Below, one piece after another: positions 1 to 9,526 of a stretch of 53,967 bases of DNA. The position numbers and the translations under genes were made by a program. Numbering within the stretch: position 1 is the first letter of the stretch; each line of letters begins with the position of its first letter. This stretch comes from an uncultured bacterium (GTDB taxonomy: Bacteria; Nitrospirota; Thermodesulfovibrionia; Thermodesulfovibrionales; JdFR-86): contig CBDVCR010000002.1 in the NCBI GenBank assembly GCA_965372535.1, forward strand, positions 1 to 53,967. The letters run 5' to 3'. The notes under the pieces are model-generated. The model did no database searches, had not been told where the DNA came from, and saw nothing but the letters and a program-made list of their open reading frames with translations.

Positions 1-275
1 TTTTCATATCTTTTGTTCTCTTTTTCCATAGTGCTCATGCAATGAACGGGTTAATCGACCCCGGCCCTCGTCTGCGAGTTGCTCCTCCATTGCGGGATTC
101 CAAAATAAATGTCCTGCGCACTTTTGCGAAGGCCCGCCATGCACCCTGAGCTTGAGGAAACTCATCTGCCCGCAAACCCATAGAAAGTTGCGGCAGCTTC
201 ATAGTAAAATAGAACTCCTGTGCCGGACATCGGGCCGAAGAGGGTTCCGGTTTATCTCTTTTAAGGAGAAGCGTC

Positions 276-890
276 GTGAAAAAAGACAGATGTACGGAAA
301 TGTACAATTCCGTCGTGCAATACGCCCGGCAAAACCACGCGGATGAAATAGATAAGGCTTACGAATATTTCTGGGAAGAGGAGTTCCCGGAGGACTTCCT
401 GAGCGGCAGGGCGCTGGAGCTGGGTTTTGTCAACTTCGAGGACTGGCTCGTATGCGATTACCGGCCCGACGATGGAAAAGGCTTTATAGACCGTTACGTC
501 GAGGAGCAGAAGCCCGGCCCCGAGGCGGTGCGGGTGCTTGAGGCCATGAGGGATTCCGCGATAAGCCTCTACGAGGTGAAGGCCGGAAACGGAACGGTCG
601 CGCTCCGGGACATCGCCCTGGGCGAGGATGTGCCAATAAAGGACAAGAGGCTTTCCGGGCTTTTGCCGGGCAACGTCTTTGCCGCGCGGATAATAGACCT
701 CGACGGCGAACACGTCCTCGGAAGATGCGTCTACCCCTTTGCGGACAGAAAAGATGCGGTGCTCAAGGCACTGGAGAGCCAGTTTCAGCGCTACGTAAAG
801 AACAAGGACCCGGAAGGCGACATGGCCCGGTTCATAGTCGAGGAGTCTTACATGTTCAACACCATATGGGTAAGCCTTCTGAACGTATAA
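276..890 (+). CDS. hypothetical acidic cytoplasmic protein (no family recognised)
   Basis: 204-aa ORF with a GTG start 8 nt after an AAGGAGAAG Shine-Dalgarno. The overlapping antisense 250-aa ORF looks like a GC-rich shadow frame. Confidence 0.55.
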   Translation: MKKDRCTEMYNSVVQYARQNHADEIDKAYEYFWEEEFPEDFLSGRALELGFVNFEDWLVCDYRPDDGKGFIDRYVEEQKPGPEAVRVLEAMRDSAISLYEVKAGNGTVALRDIALGEDVPIKDKRLSGLLPGNVFAARIIDLDGEHVLGRCVYPFADRKDAVLKALESQFQRYVKNKDPEGDMARFIVEESYMFNTIWVSLLNV

Positions 891-1049
891 CCGGGCGGAC
901 ATCCCTCCGCCCTTTTCCGATAACCGCTCCGCAGCGCGCCGTAGAGTATCCTGAAAAGGCAAGGAGCCGGCAACCCCGCGGCAAGACCACGGGGAATGCA
1001 CCAGTGCATTCAAGTAAACTGAAAACGCCCGGCTGCGTTATTATAGATA

Positions 1050-2087
1050 ATGCCTGAGTACCGGAACATACTCGTAAGGGGAGTCAACCGCCTGGGGGAT
1101 ACCGTCTTTTCCCTGCCCGCCATAAAAGCGCTCAAACAGTCATACCCCGGCGCGCGGGTCACGGTGCTTACAAAGCCCGCGCCCTCCGGCCTTTACGCCA
1201 ATCTCCCCTATGTTGACGAAGTGCTCCTTTTGGACGGCAAGGGCCGCCACGGCGGCATAAGGGGAAGGCTTGCGCTCGCGGGGCAATTGCGCAAAAGGAG
1301 GTTCGACCTGGCGGTCGTCTTCCACAACTGTTTTGACGCCGCGCTTGCGCCCTTCCTCGCCGGGGTCCCGGAGCGCATAGGGTATCCAAGGGAAATGAGG
1401 GGGTTCCTGCTTACGAAAAAGCTCCCCTTCCCCGCCACCCCGGTGCACCAGGTTGACCATTACCTCGGGCTGGCCGCGCTGGCCGGCGCCTCGACGGAGA
1501 AGAGGACGCCGGAACTTTTCGTTACCCCGGAGGAGGAGCAATGGGGGAGGCGCCTGCTCGATGAGCGAAACGCCCGGCGGCCTCTCCTCGGCATCGTCCC
1601 CGGCTCCGTAGCCCTCACGCGCCGGTGGCCCCCGGAGAGGTTCGCGGAACTCGGCGACAGGCTCGCACAGGCCACCGGAGGGAGCATCATAATCCTCGGC
1701 GGCCCGGGCGACGGGGACATTTCCGGTAAGATAAAGTCGCTCATGAAAGCCGGGCCAATCGACACGACGGGCGGGACCGGCCTGAGGCAGCTGATGGCCC
1801 TCATAAGCCTCTGCGACCTGGTCGTCTCAAACGACACCGGCCCCATGCACATAACCTGGGCGCTCGGAAGGCCGGTCGTAACCTTCATCGGCGCTGCCGA
1901 CATCCGCGAGATACGCCCCCTGAGTACCGTCGCGCATATCATTGGCAAGGACCTCGCCTGCAGCCCCTGCATAAAGGAGGAATGTCCCGAGGGCACGACG
2001 CGCTGTCTCGACCTGATTACAGTCAGGGAGGTCTTTGAAAAATCCATGGAAATACTGCGGACATGCGGCCCCGGAACGTCCTTATAA
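1050..2087 (+). CDS. glycosyltransferase family 9 (LPS heptosyltransferase-like)
   Basis: N-terminus 'ILVRGVNRLGDTVFSLPAIKALKQSYPGARVTVLTK' and C-terminal 'VSNDTGPMHI' are typical of GT9 heptosyltransferases. Confidence 0.85.
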   Translation: MPEYRNILVRGVNRLGDTVFSLPAIKALKQSYPGARVTVLTKPAPSGLYANLPYVDEVLLLDGKGRHGGIRGRLALAGQLRKRRFDLAVVFHNCFDAALAPFLAGVPERIGYPREMRGFLLTKKLPFPATPVHQVDHYLGLAALAGASTEKRTPELFVTPEEEQWGRRLLDERNARRPLLGIVPGSVALTRRWPPERFAELGDRLAQATGGSIIILGGPGDGDISGKIKSLMKAGPIDTTGGTGLRQLMALISLCDLVVSNDTGPMHITWALGRPVVTFIGAADIREIRPLSTVAHIIGKDLACSPCIKEECPEGTTRCLDLITVREVFEKSMEILRTCGPGTSL

Positions 2088-3091
2088 TCAAACTGAGCGC
2101 CCTGGGCGACGTGGCAATGGCCACCCCGGTAATCAAGGCCGTCAAAAACGCCTGTCCGGACGCCCGCCTCTCGTGGCTCGTCGAGGAGGCTTCCCGTGGC
2201 ATCGTCGAGGGGAACCCGCTTCTGGACGAAGTGCTCATATGGAGAAAGGACGAATGGGTCCGGCTCATGAGGAAAGCGCGGCCCTTTGCCCTTGCCTCTG
2301 AAATCACGTCGTTTATAGGGGAACTCAGAAGGAGACGCTTCGACGCGGTATACGACCTCCAGGGCTTTCTGAAAAGCGCGATATGGGCCCGGCTTTCAGG
2401 GGCAAGGGAAAGGGTCGGCCTCGACTCGAAGGAAGGCAGCCGGGTTCTGATGACAAGGGTCATCCCCTGGGACAGGAGCGAAAAGAGAATCAGCGCCCAG
2501 TACCTCCAGTTCGTACGGGGTCTGGGAATCGAACCGGGCAGGTTCGAGATGGACATTGCCATCGGGGAGAAGGAGGAGCGGTTTGCGGCGGACTTCAGAG
2601 AAACAACCGCAGAGGGCCGCTACGCGGCCCTCTGCCCCTTCTCGTCAAAGCCCCAGAAGGAATGGATATACGGCAGATGGGCAGGGCTTTCAAGCCGCCT
2701 CATCCCGGAGCACGGCCTTCGGCCCGTCATGCTCGGCGGGCCGGGAGATGTCGAGGCGGCGCAGCGCATGGCCTCCTCCGATATAATCAACATGGTGGGC
2801 AAGACCACGGTAAAGCAGACAGCGGCCCTCATAAAGCGCGCCTCGCTCCTCATCGGCGGCGACACCGGGCTTACTCACATGGGCATCGCCTTTAACGTCC
2901 CCACCGTCGCCATATTCGGCTCCACCTTCCCTTACCACGACACGGACAGGGACAACACCGCGTTGATTTACAAGGGTCTCGACTGCTCCCCGTGCAAGCG
3001 CCACCCCACCTGCGGCGGCAATTTCAGGTGCATGGAGGAGATAACCGGCGACGAAGTGCTCGAAAGCGCCGCCAGGGTGCTCCACGCATGA
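2063..3091 (+). CDS. glycosyltransferase family 9 (LPS heptosyltransferase-like), second paralogue
   Basis: 'VLIIKLSALGDVAMATPVIKAVKNACPDARLSWLVEE' and 'GGDTGLTHM' motifs. Overlaps the previous gene by 25 nt. Confidence 0.85.
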   Translation: MRPRNVLIIKLSALGDVAMATPVIKAVKNACPDARLSWLVEEASRGIVEGNPLLDEVLIWRKDEWVRLMRKARPFALASEITSFIGELRRRRFDAVYDLQGFLKSAIWARLSGARERVGLDSKEGSRVLMTRVIPWDRSEKRISAQYLQFVRGLGIEPGRFEMDIAIGEKEERFAADFRETTAEGRYAALCPFSSKPQKEWIYGRWAGLSSRLIPEHGLRPVMLGGPGDVEAAQRMASSDIINMVGKTTVKQTAALIKRASLLIGGDTGLTHMGIAFNVPTVAIFGSTFPYHDTDRDNTALIYKGLDCSPCKRHPTCGGNFRCMEEITGDEVLESAARVLHA

Positions 3092-4173
3092 TGAAGGTCC
3101 TCCACGTTGAAACGGGCATGAACCTCTACGGCGGCGCGCTCCAGGTGCTGTACCTAATCGGGGGCCTGAGCAAAAGAGAGGTCACAAACGTCCTGGCCTG
3201 CCCGGCGGGGAGCCGCATAGGCGCCGAGGCCGTTGGGATATGCGACAGGGTGCGCTTTATCCCCTTCTCCGGCGAGCTCGACCTGCTTTTTATCCGGAGG
3301 CTCATGAGGGTCATCAGGTCCGAGAGGCCGGACATCGTGCACCTTCACAGCCGCCGGGGGGCGGACACCCTGGGGGGCATCGCGGCTTCGCTTTCGGGAA
3401 CGAAGACGGTACTTTCAAGGCGCGTGGACAACCCGGAAAACCCCCTTCTGGCCCGCATCAAATACCGGCTTTACGACAGGGTGGTCACAATCTCAAACGC
3501 CATCCGGGACGTGCTCGCAAGCGAGGGCGTGCCGCCCGGCAAAATCACCTGCGTCCACAGCGCCGTGGACACCGGAGCCTACGGCACGGCATGCGACAGG
3601 GAATGGTTCGCAGAGGAGTTCGACCTCGCGCCCGGAACGAGGGCTGTCGGGATGGCCGCCCAGTTCATCGAAAGGAAGGGCCACAGGCATCTGATTCAGG
3701 CAGCGCCGGATATCCTCGAATCCTTCCCCAAAACTATATTCCTGCTGTTCGGCAAAGGCCCGCTTGAGGATGAGATGAAAGCGCTCTGCCGGAGCGTGGA
3801 CGTTTCCGGGAGCGTGCGCTTCGCCGGGTTCCGGGACGACCTCCAGCGTATTTATCCCTGCCTCGACCTCCTGGTGCACCCGGCGGACATGGAGGGCCTG
3901 GGCGTCTCGCTGCTTCAGGCCGCGGCCTCGGCGGCGCCGATTGTGGCGGCCAGGGCGGGCGGCCTTCCGGAGGTGGTCAGGCACGGCATGAACGGGCTGC
4001 TCGTTGCGCCGCGCGACCCCGGCGCCGTCGCGGAGGCGGTAAAAACCCTCCTTGCCGACCCCGCCAGGTGCAGGTCAATGGGCGAGGCGGGGCGCGCCAT
4101 AGTCGAGAGGGAGTTTTCCATCGACGCCATGGTAAGCGGCAACCTCCGCGTCTACACGGAACTGCTCGGATAG
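3088..4173 (+). CDS. glycosyltransferase family 4 (GT-B, RfaG-like)
   Basis: Start moved to ATG 3088, which forms an ATGA overlap with the upstream stop. N-terminus 'MMKVLHVETGMNLYGG' and C-terminal 'EGLGVSLLQAAASAAPIVAARAGGLPEVV' (E-x7-E type motif). Confidence 0.85.
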   Translation: MMKVLHVETGMNLYGGALQVLYLIGGLSKREVTNVLACPAGSRIGAEAVGICDRVRFIPFSGELDLLFIRRLMRVIRSERPDIVHLHSRRGADTLGGIAASLSGTKTVLSRRVDNPENPLLARIKYRLYDRVVTISNAIRDVLASEGVPPGKITCVHSAVDTGAYGTACDREWFAEEFDLAPGTRAVGMAAQFIERKGHRHLIQAAPDILESFPKTIFLLFGKGPLEDEMKALCRSVDVSGSVRFAGFRDDLQRIYPCLDLLVHPADMEGLGVSLLQAAASAAPIVAARAGGLPEVVRHGMNGLLVAPRDPGAVAEAVKTLLADPARCRSMGEAGRAIVEREFSIDAMVSGNLRVYTELLG

Positions 4174-4184
4174 GGCGACCGCCG

Positions 4185-4213
4185 TTTCATGACAACTTTC
4201 GTTCTGATATAAT
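4185..4213 (+). promoter_or_regulatory. putative sigma70-type promoter directly abutting the nrdJ start codon (possible leaderless mRNA)
   Basis: TATAAT at 4208-4213 with a weak -35 TTTCAT at 4185-4190 (17-nt spacer). The ATG lies at 4220, 7 nt after the -10, and there is no SD. Confidence 0.3.
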
Positions 4214-4219
4214 CTCATC

Positions 4220-5920
4220 ATGGAGTTTACCGAAAACGCCATGAAGGTCCTTAAGGCGAGGTACCTCCTCAAGGACGAGGAGGGCAAGGTCGTCGAGACC
4301 CCCGAGGGGATGTTCAGGCGCGTCGCCCGCACGGTGGCCGGGGCGGAGTCGGCCCACGGGGAGGACCCGGCGCACTGGGAGGAAAAGTTCCACGCCCTCA
4401 TGAGCGAATTGAGGTTCCTGCCGAACTCGCCCACGCTCATGAACGCGGGCAAACCGCTGGGCCAGCTCGCCGCCTGTTTCGTGCTCCCCGTGGAGGACTC
4501 GATGCAGAGCATATTCGGCACGCTCAAAAACGCCGCCCTGATACTGCAGAGCGGCGGCGGCACGGGGTTTTCCTTCTCGCACCTGAGACCCAGGCTCGAT
4601 ATAGTGCGCTCAACGGGGGGCATCGCCAGCGGGCCGGTATCGTTCATGAAGATATACAACACCGCCACCGACGTAATCAAGCAGGGGGGCGCCAGGCGCG
4701 GGGCCAACATGGCCATACTCCGCGTGGACCACCCCGACATAATGGACTTTATAAGGCTCAAGCGGGACATCACCGAGCTTGTGAACTTCAACATCTCCGT
4801 GGCCGCCTCCGACGCGTTCATCGAGGCGGTCAAAAAAGACGGGGAGTACGACCTGGTCAACCCGAGGAACGGAAAAACCACCGGTAGGCTCAGGGCGAGG
4901 GAAGTCTTCGACGAGCTTGCAAACAGCGCGTGGGCCACCGGGGACCCGGGCGTGGTCTTCCTCGACAGGATAAACGCCGTAAACCCCACCCCGCTGCTCG
5001 GGCCGATGGAGAGCACCAACCCCTGCGGCGAGCAGCCGCTTCTGCCCTACGAGGCCTGCGTGCTCGGCTCCATAGACCTTTCCAAATACGCAGTTGACGG
5101 CCGGGTGGATTGGGACGGCCTTAGGGAAACGGTGCGGACGAGCGTTAGGTTTCTCGACGACTCCATCGACGTAAACAAATACCCCCTGCCGGAAATCGAG
5201 GACATGCACAGGGGCAACCGTAAAATCGGCCTGGGCGTAATGGGCTGGGCCGATATGCTCATACTGCTTGGCATCCCCTATAACGACGAAAAAGCGTTCG
5301 CCCTGGCCGAGGAGGTAATGAAACTCATAAAGGACGCGGCCAGGGCCGCCTCTGCCGAGCTGGCCGGGGCGCGCGGGGCGTTTCCCAATTTCGCGGGCTC
5401 GGTCTACGACGCCCCCGGCATGCCGGTGCTCAGAAACGCCACCCTTACCACCATAGCGCCCACCGGCACACTCTCGATAATAGCGGACTGCTCAAGCGGC
5501 ATCGAGCCGCTCTTTGCGGTGGCCTACAAGCGCATGATACTCGACACGGTGCTTTACGAGTTCAACAGGCACTTCCTGCGCATCGCAAGTGAGAGGGGGT
5601 TTTACACCGAGACGCTCAGGGAGAGGGTCATGGAGGAAGGCTCGCTCGAAGGAGTCGGGGAAGTGCCGGAGGACGTAAAGGGGCTTTTCAGGACCGCCCA
5701 TGAAATCCCCCCCGAGAGCCATATCAGGATGCAGGCCGCTTTCCAGAAGCACACGGACAACGCGGTCTCAAAAACCATAAACATCCCTGCCGAGGCCACA
5801 ATAAAGGAAGTTGAAAATGCCTACCTCATGGCGTATGATATGGGGTGCAAGGGGATAACCGTATTCCGCTACGGCGCCGAAAAAAAGGGAACCCTTGTCA
5901 GGATACGCGACACCGACTGA
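4220..5920 (+). CDS. nrdJ: adenosylcobalamin-dependent (class II) ribonucleotide reductase
   Basis: N-terminus 'NAMKVLKARYLLKDEEGKVVETPEGMFRRVA', catalytic loop 'STNPCGEQPL', and 'TTIAPTGTLS'. Confidence 0.9.
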   Translation: MEFTENAMKVLKARYLLKDEEGKVVETPEGMFRRVARTVAGAESAHGEDPAHWEEKFHALMSELRFLPNSPTLMNAGKPLGQLAACFVLPVEDSMQSIFGTLKNAALILQSGGGTGFSFSHLRPRLDIVRSTGGIASGPVSFMKIYNTATDVIKQGGARRGANMAILRVDHPDIMDFIRLKRDITELVNFNISVAASDAFIEAVKKDGEYDLVNPRNGKTTGRLRAREVFDELANSAWATGDPGVVFLDRINAVNPTPLLGPMESTNPCGEQPLLPYEACVLGSIDLSKYAVDGRVDWDGLRETVRTSVRFLDDSIDVNKYPLPEIEDMHRGNRKIGLGVMGWADMLILLGIPYNDEKAFALAEEVMKLIKDAARAASAELAGARGAFPNFAGSVYDAPGMPVLRNATLTTIAPTGTLSIIADCSSGIEPLFAVAYKRMILDTVLYEFNRHFLRIASERGFYTETLRERVMEEGSLEGVGEVPEDVKGLFRTAHEIPPESHIRMQAAFQKHTDNAVSKTINIPAEATIKEVENAYLMAYDMGCKGITVFRYGAEKKGTLVRIRDTD

Positions 5921-5930
5921 CCGGTACATA

Positions 5931-6100
5931 TTAAGGGGAGCATGAAATAGATTACATGACGAACATCGGCCTGGAACGAATCGATCCGGCTTCCCCCTTT
6001 GGAAAAGGGGGAATGAGGGGGATTTTTCTGAATATTCAAATCCCCCCTCGCCCCCCTTTGCTAAAGGGGGGTGTAAACTATTTTATGCCCTGAGTAATAA
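5931..6100 (+). mobile_element. MITE-like non-coding repeat, family A, copy 1 (full length)
   Basis: ~170 bp, near-identical to 34911-35080. Imperfect terminal inverted repeats (GAGCATGAAATAG ... CTATTTTATGCCC) and three internal GC hairpins. Confidence 0.7.
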
Positions 6101-6122
6101 TACTTAAAGGGGAGGACATTTT

Positions 6123-6839
6123 ATGATATTGGGCGTCAACATCGACCACGTCGCCACGCTCAGGCAGGCGCGCAAAGGCATGGAGCCCGACCCCGTAATG
6201 GCCGCGCCGCTTGCCGTGCTGGGCGGCGCCGACGGCATCACGGTGCATTTAAGGGAAGACAGGAGGCACATACAGGACCGGGACCTCCGGCTTCTGAGGG
6301 AAATCGTGCCGGTGGAGCTTAACCTCGAGATGGCCGCCACAACGGAAATGCTCAACATCGCCACTAAGACAAAGCCCGACATGGCCACCCTCGTGCCGGA
6401 AAAACGGCAGGAACTCACCACCGAGGGCGGGCTCGACGTATTCGAGCACAAGAGCAAGCTCAGAAACGCGATAAAGAAACTCCAGGGGGCCGGTATACCG
6501 GTGAGCCTTTTCATCAACCCCTACCCCGAGGACGTGGAGGTCTCGAAGGAAATCGGCGCGGACATGGTGGAGCTTCACACCGGGATGTACGCCGACGCCA
6601 GGGGCAAAAGGGTCCGTACCGAGCTAAAGCGCATATACGCCGCCGCCGCGGGCGCGCTTAACGCCGGGCTCACCATAAACGCCGGGCACGGGCTTAACTA
6701 CCGGAACGTCAGGCCAATAGCCGAGATTGACGGCCTCAGGGGGCTTTACATTGGGCACGGCATCATCTCCCGCGCCGTGTCCGTGGGGCTTGAGGAGGCG
6801 GTGCGGGAGATGAAGTACCTCATAGAGCAGTGCCAGTGA
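6123..6839 (+). CDS. pdxJ: pyridoxine 5'-phosphate synthase
   Basis: '[23 protein letters not shown]' and 'ELHTG.YA' motifs. AGGGGAGG SD upstream. Confidence 0.95.
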   Translation: MILGVNIDHVATLRQARKGMEPDPVMAAPLAVLGGADGITVHLREDRRHIQDRDLRLLREIVPVELNLEMAATTEMLNIATKTKPDMATLVPEKRQELTTEGGLDVFEHKSKLRNAIKKLQGAGIPVSLFINPYPEDVEVSKEIGADMVELHTGMYADARGKRVRTELKRIYAAAAGALNAGLTINAGHGLNYRNVRPIAEIDGLRGLYIGHGIISRAVSVGLEEAVREMKYLIEQCQ

Positions 6840-7210
6840 TTTACGGCGTCGGGGTCGATATCGTGCGGATAGACCGGCTCAGGAAATCGGTCGAAAGCGC
6901 GGGCAAGAGGTTCCTCGAACGGGTCTTCACCGATGCCGAGGTTGAGTATTGCCACCGCAAGCGCGACCCCTTCCCCTCCCTTGCGGCCCGCTTCGCCGCC
7001 AAGGAGGCGCTCATCAAGGCCATCACCGCGGAAGAGCACATATCCGTGAAGGACGTCGAAATCGCCGTCTCAGAAAACGGCAAGCCCTTCGTCATTGTCG
7101 CGGGCAGGCTCGATGGGATTTTCAGGGAGCAGGGCATCGGCGCAGCCCACCTGAGCCTGAGCCACGAGAAGGAATACGCCGTGGCAAGCGTGGTGCTTGA
7201 GAAGGAATAA
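6830..7210 (+). CDS. acpS: holo-[acyl-carrier-protein] synthase
   Basis: '[14 protein letters not shown]' and '[10 protein letters not shown]' motifs. GTG start at 6830 or 6836, overlapping the pdxJ stop. Confidence 0.9.
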   Translation: MPVIYGVGVDIVRIDRLRKSVESAGKRFLERVFTDAEVEYCHRKRDPFPSLAARFAAKEALIKAITAEEHISVKDVEIAVSENGKPFVIVAGRLDGIFREQGIGAAHLSLSHEKEYAVASVVLEKE

Positions 7211-7344
7211 TGAATGCGCGGCAGCAAGCCGCGGGTTCCATGATAACCAATAGCTCGCCATTGCCCTGAAAATGCCCTTTTTCCGGGTACGGGCATGAAA
7301 CAGCGCTCATAAGAAAAAGACCCGAAGGGAAAACAGTGAACTCC

Positions 7345-7690
7345 TCAAGGTGAACTGGTTCACATGGACAAGTTCCGCGAGGGGGAATTACAATGGTCGG
7401 TGGAGCATTAGAAACAGCGTTCTTTGACATGGGCGGAAAAAACAGGGTTCGAGGATTCAAGGAAATAATCCCCCCCGCCCCCCTTTACTAAAGGGGGGAA
7501 GAAACGGCGGACGGGCATGGCAGCCTTGAACACTCTTTGAACAGCCGGGCGGGCCGGGATATTCCGCAAAATCAGGGGGTTGCAAAGGTTTTAAAGGAAA
7601 GGCTCTGAACATATAAAAAAAGAGAGCGTCCTTCGACCTTTCGGCAGGCCCTTCGACAAGCTCAGGACAGGCTCAAGGCTCAGGATGATT
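7345..7690 (+). repeat. mosaic intergenic repeat, family B, copy 1
   Basis: Shares several 30-90-bp modules with 53577-53914, for example CAAGGTGAAC.GGTTCACATGGACAAGTTCCGC and CCTTCGACCTTTCGGCAGGC...CTCAAGGCTCAGGATGATT. The module order differs between copies. Confidence 0.6.
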
Positions 7691-7826
7691 AAAGGGCGGC
7701 AGAGCGACGGTTCGGAGAAACGCCGGGATTGACCACGGAGACGCAGAGGCACGGAGAAAATCGAGGGGACTATTGAGCCCCACACAAGTAATGTCCTATA
7801 CCTCTTGTTCTGTCATATACTATCCT

Positions 7827-7938
7827 TGTCATCCCCGCGTAAGCGGGGATCCAGTATTTTCCGCATCTTCCGCTATGGTTACGTCCCTGGATTCCCGCTC
7901 TCCGCCTTCGCGGGGACAGGCTCCGCGGGAATGACAGC
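7827..7938. repeat. pair of inverted REP-like palindromic units
   Basis: TGTCATCCCCGC-GTAA-GCGGGGATCCAG (7827-7854) and the inverted relative CTGGATTCCCGC...GCGGGAATGACA (7888-7935). Confidence 0.5.
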
Positions 7939-8123
7939 AAAGCGGACATTTGTTATGCGTGAGTCAATAATTTCGAGTTTTCTTTGCGCCGGCTCCCCGG
8001 CATGGGAATCAGGCCTTTTCAAACACCCGATAGGCGGGGTTTTCCAACCCCGCCGGGCAGGGCTACTCCCGGAACAGGCCGATATTCACACGCCCCGGCT
8101 TTCTGTGCTAATATACGACTGCC

Positions 8124-9461
8124 ATGAGAAAAGGGGTTTTTCTCTGTTCATTGGTGGTTGGGCTGGCGGTGGCTGCGGTATCCGCTGCGGCGCCGGACGC
8201 ATTCGCCCTGACGAATAAAACCGCGCCGGAAGTGATAAATGTCCCGGCTTCACAATCTCCCATAACAATAATTGTCAACCCCGAGTCCACCGCCGTCACT
8301 GAAAAATCCCCTCAATATATTGACGATGCAATAGGTCTTCTCGAACTTGTCGTTGGGATTTTTGCGTTAGTAGTCGCAATTCTTGGACTCTTCGGTTTTC
8401 TTGAAATTAGAAAGTGGAAAGAACAGCGCAAGGAATTTCAGGAGCAGATAAACTCCGCTGAACAAAAAATCAAGGACTTCGACAATAAAATCAACGAAGC
8501 CAAACAGAAGGTTGAAGATGCAGAAAATATGGCGAAAGAAGCCGAAAGGCAAGCTGAAAAGTCTAAGAAACTGGCCACTGAGATTGAAAATATTTTTAAA
8601 AGAATAAGAATCAGCAAAGAGCAAATCGAACGGATAAGGATAGAGGCACAAGAAAAAATGAGTGGGGTAGTTTTACCCCCCATTACCGAGGAACCGTCCG
8701 AGGAAATCAAGAGCAAGCTCGACGAGTTCGCCGAGAGAATCGAAATCCTCGAAACTGTTGGCGTAAACTTAAATGCAGAAGACTTTTTTAAAATAGCAAA
8801 AAATTATTATTATAAGGAGAATTATAAAGAATCACTTCAAGCCATAGATAAATCCATTAAAATAAACCCAAAAAATGCTAGCGCATGGACTGGCAAAGGT
8901 GCTGCCCTCGAAAGGCTCAACAGACCTGAAGTAGCGCTTGAGGCTTATGACGAAGCCATTAAATTGGAGCCTGATTATGCCCTTGCACGGTACAACAAGG
9001 GCATCGCCCTCGGAAAGCTTAAAAAGCACAATGAAGCCCTTAAGGCTTTCGACAAGGCCATCGATCTCAAACCCGATTTTGCCAAGGCGTGGGACAACAA
9101 GGGCATCGCTCTCGGAAAACTCGAAAGATACGAAGAGGCCCTTAAGGCTTTCGACAAGGCCATCGAACTCAAGCCCGATTTTGCCGAGGCGTGGGACAAC
9201 AAGGGCTTCGCCCTCAATAATCTCGAAAGACACGAGGAAGCCCTTAAGGCTCACGACATGGCAATCAAACTCAAACCCGATCTTGCCAATGCCTATTTTA
9301 ACCGCGCCTGCGTCTATGCTTTAATTGGCGACAAGGAAAACGCCCTCAAAGACCTCGCAAAGGCCATCGAGCTTGACGGCAAGTGTAAAGAAAAGGCCAG
9401 AACCGACAAAGACTTCTCCTCTCTCCGGGACGACCCGGACTTCAAGGCCCTCATCGGGTAG
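8124..9461 (+). CDS. membrane-anchored coiled-coil / tetratricopeptide-repeat protein
   Basis: Signal peptide-like N-terminus, TM helix 'LLELVVGIFALVVAILGLFGFL', a KE-rich coiled coil, then about six 34-aa TPR units. Confidence 0.85.
   Translation: MRKGVFLCSLVVGLAVAAVSAAAPDAFALTNKTAPEVINVPASQSPITIIVNPESTAVTEKSPQYIDDAIGLLELVVGIFALVVAILGLFGFLEIRKWKEQRKEFQEQINSAEQKIKDFDNKINEAKQKVEDAENMAKEAERQAEKSKKLATEIENIFKRIRISKEQIERIRIEAQEKMSGVVLPPITEEPSEEIKSKLDEFAERIEILETVGVNLNAEDFFKIAKNYYYKENYKESLQAIDKSIKINPKNASAWTGKGAALERLNRPEVALEAYDEAIKLEPDYALARYNKGIALGKLKKHNEALKAFDKAIDLKPDFAKAWDNKGIALGKLERYEEALKAFDKAIELKPDFAEAWDNKGFALNNLERHEEALKAHDMAIKLKPDLANAYFNRACVYALIGDKENALKDLAKAIELDGKCKEKARTDKDFSSLRDDPDFKALIG
9036..9239 (+). 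repeat. two near-identical 102-bp tandem units (TPR-coding) inside the TPR gene
   Basis: GCCCTTAAGGCTTTCGACAAGGCCATCGA... recurs at 9036, 9138 and (diverged) 9240, exactly 102 bp apart. Confidence 0.8.
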
Positions 9462-9526
9462 CCCGCCGCGGAATCCTTCGCAATTTTTTAAACGAATGTG
9501 TTAACTTATTATGGAGTGCGACTGTT

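Noticed and set aside
165-195. Hairpin CTGCCCGCAA-N12-TTGCGGCAG upstream of the first CDS as a possible riboswitch or sRNA
   Set aside because: It is a single short imperfect stem with no recognisable family motif and lies at the window edge. The evidence is insufficient.
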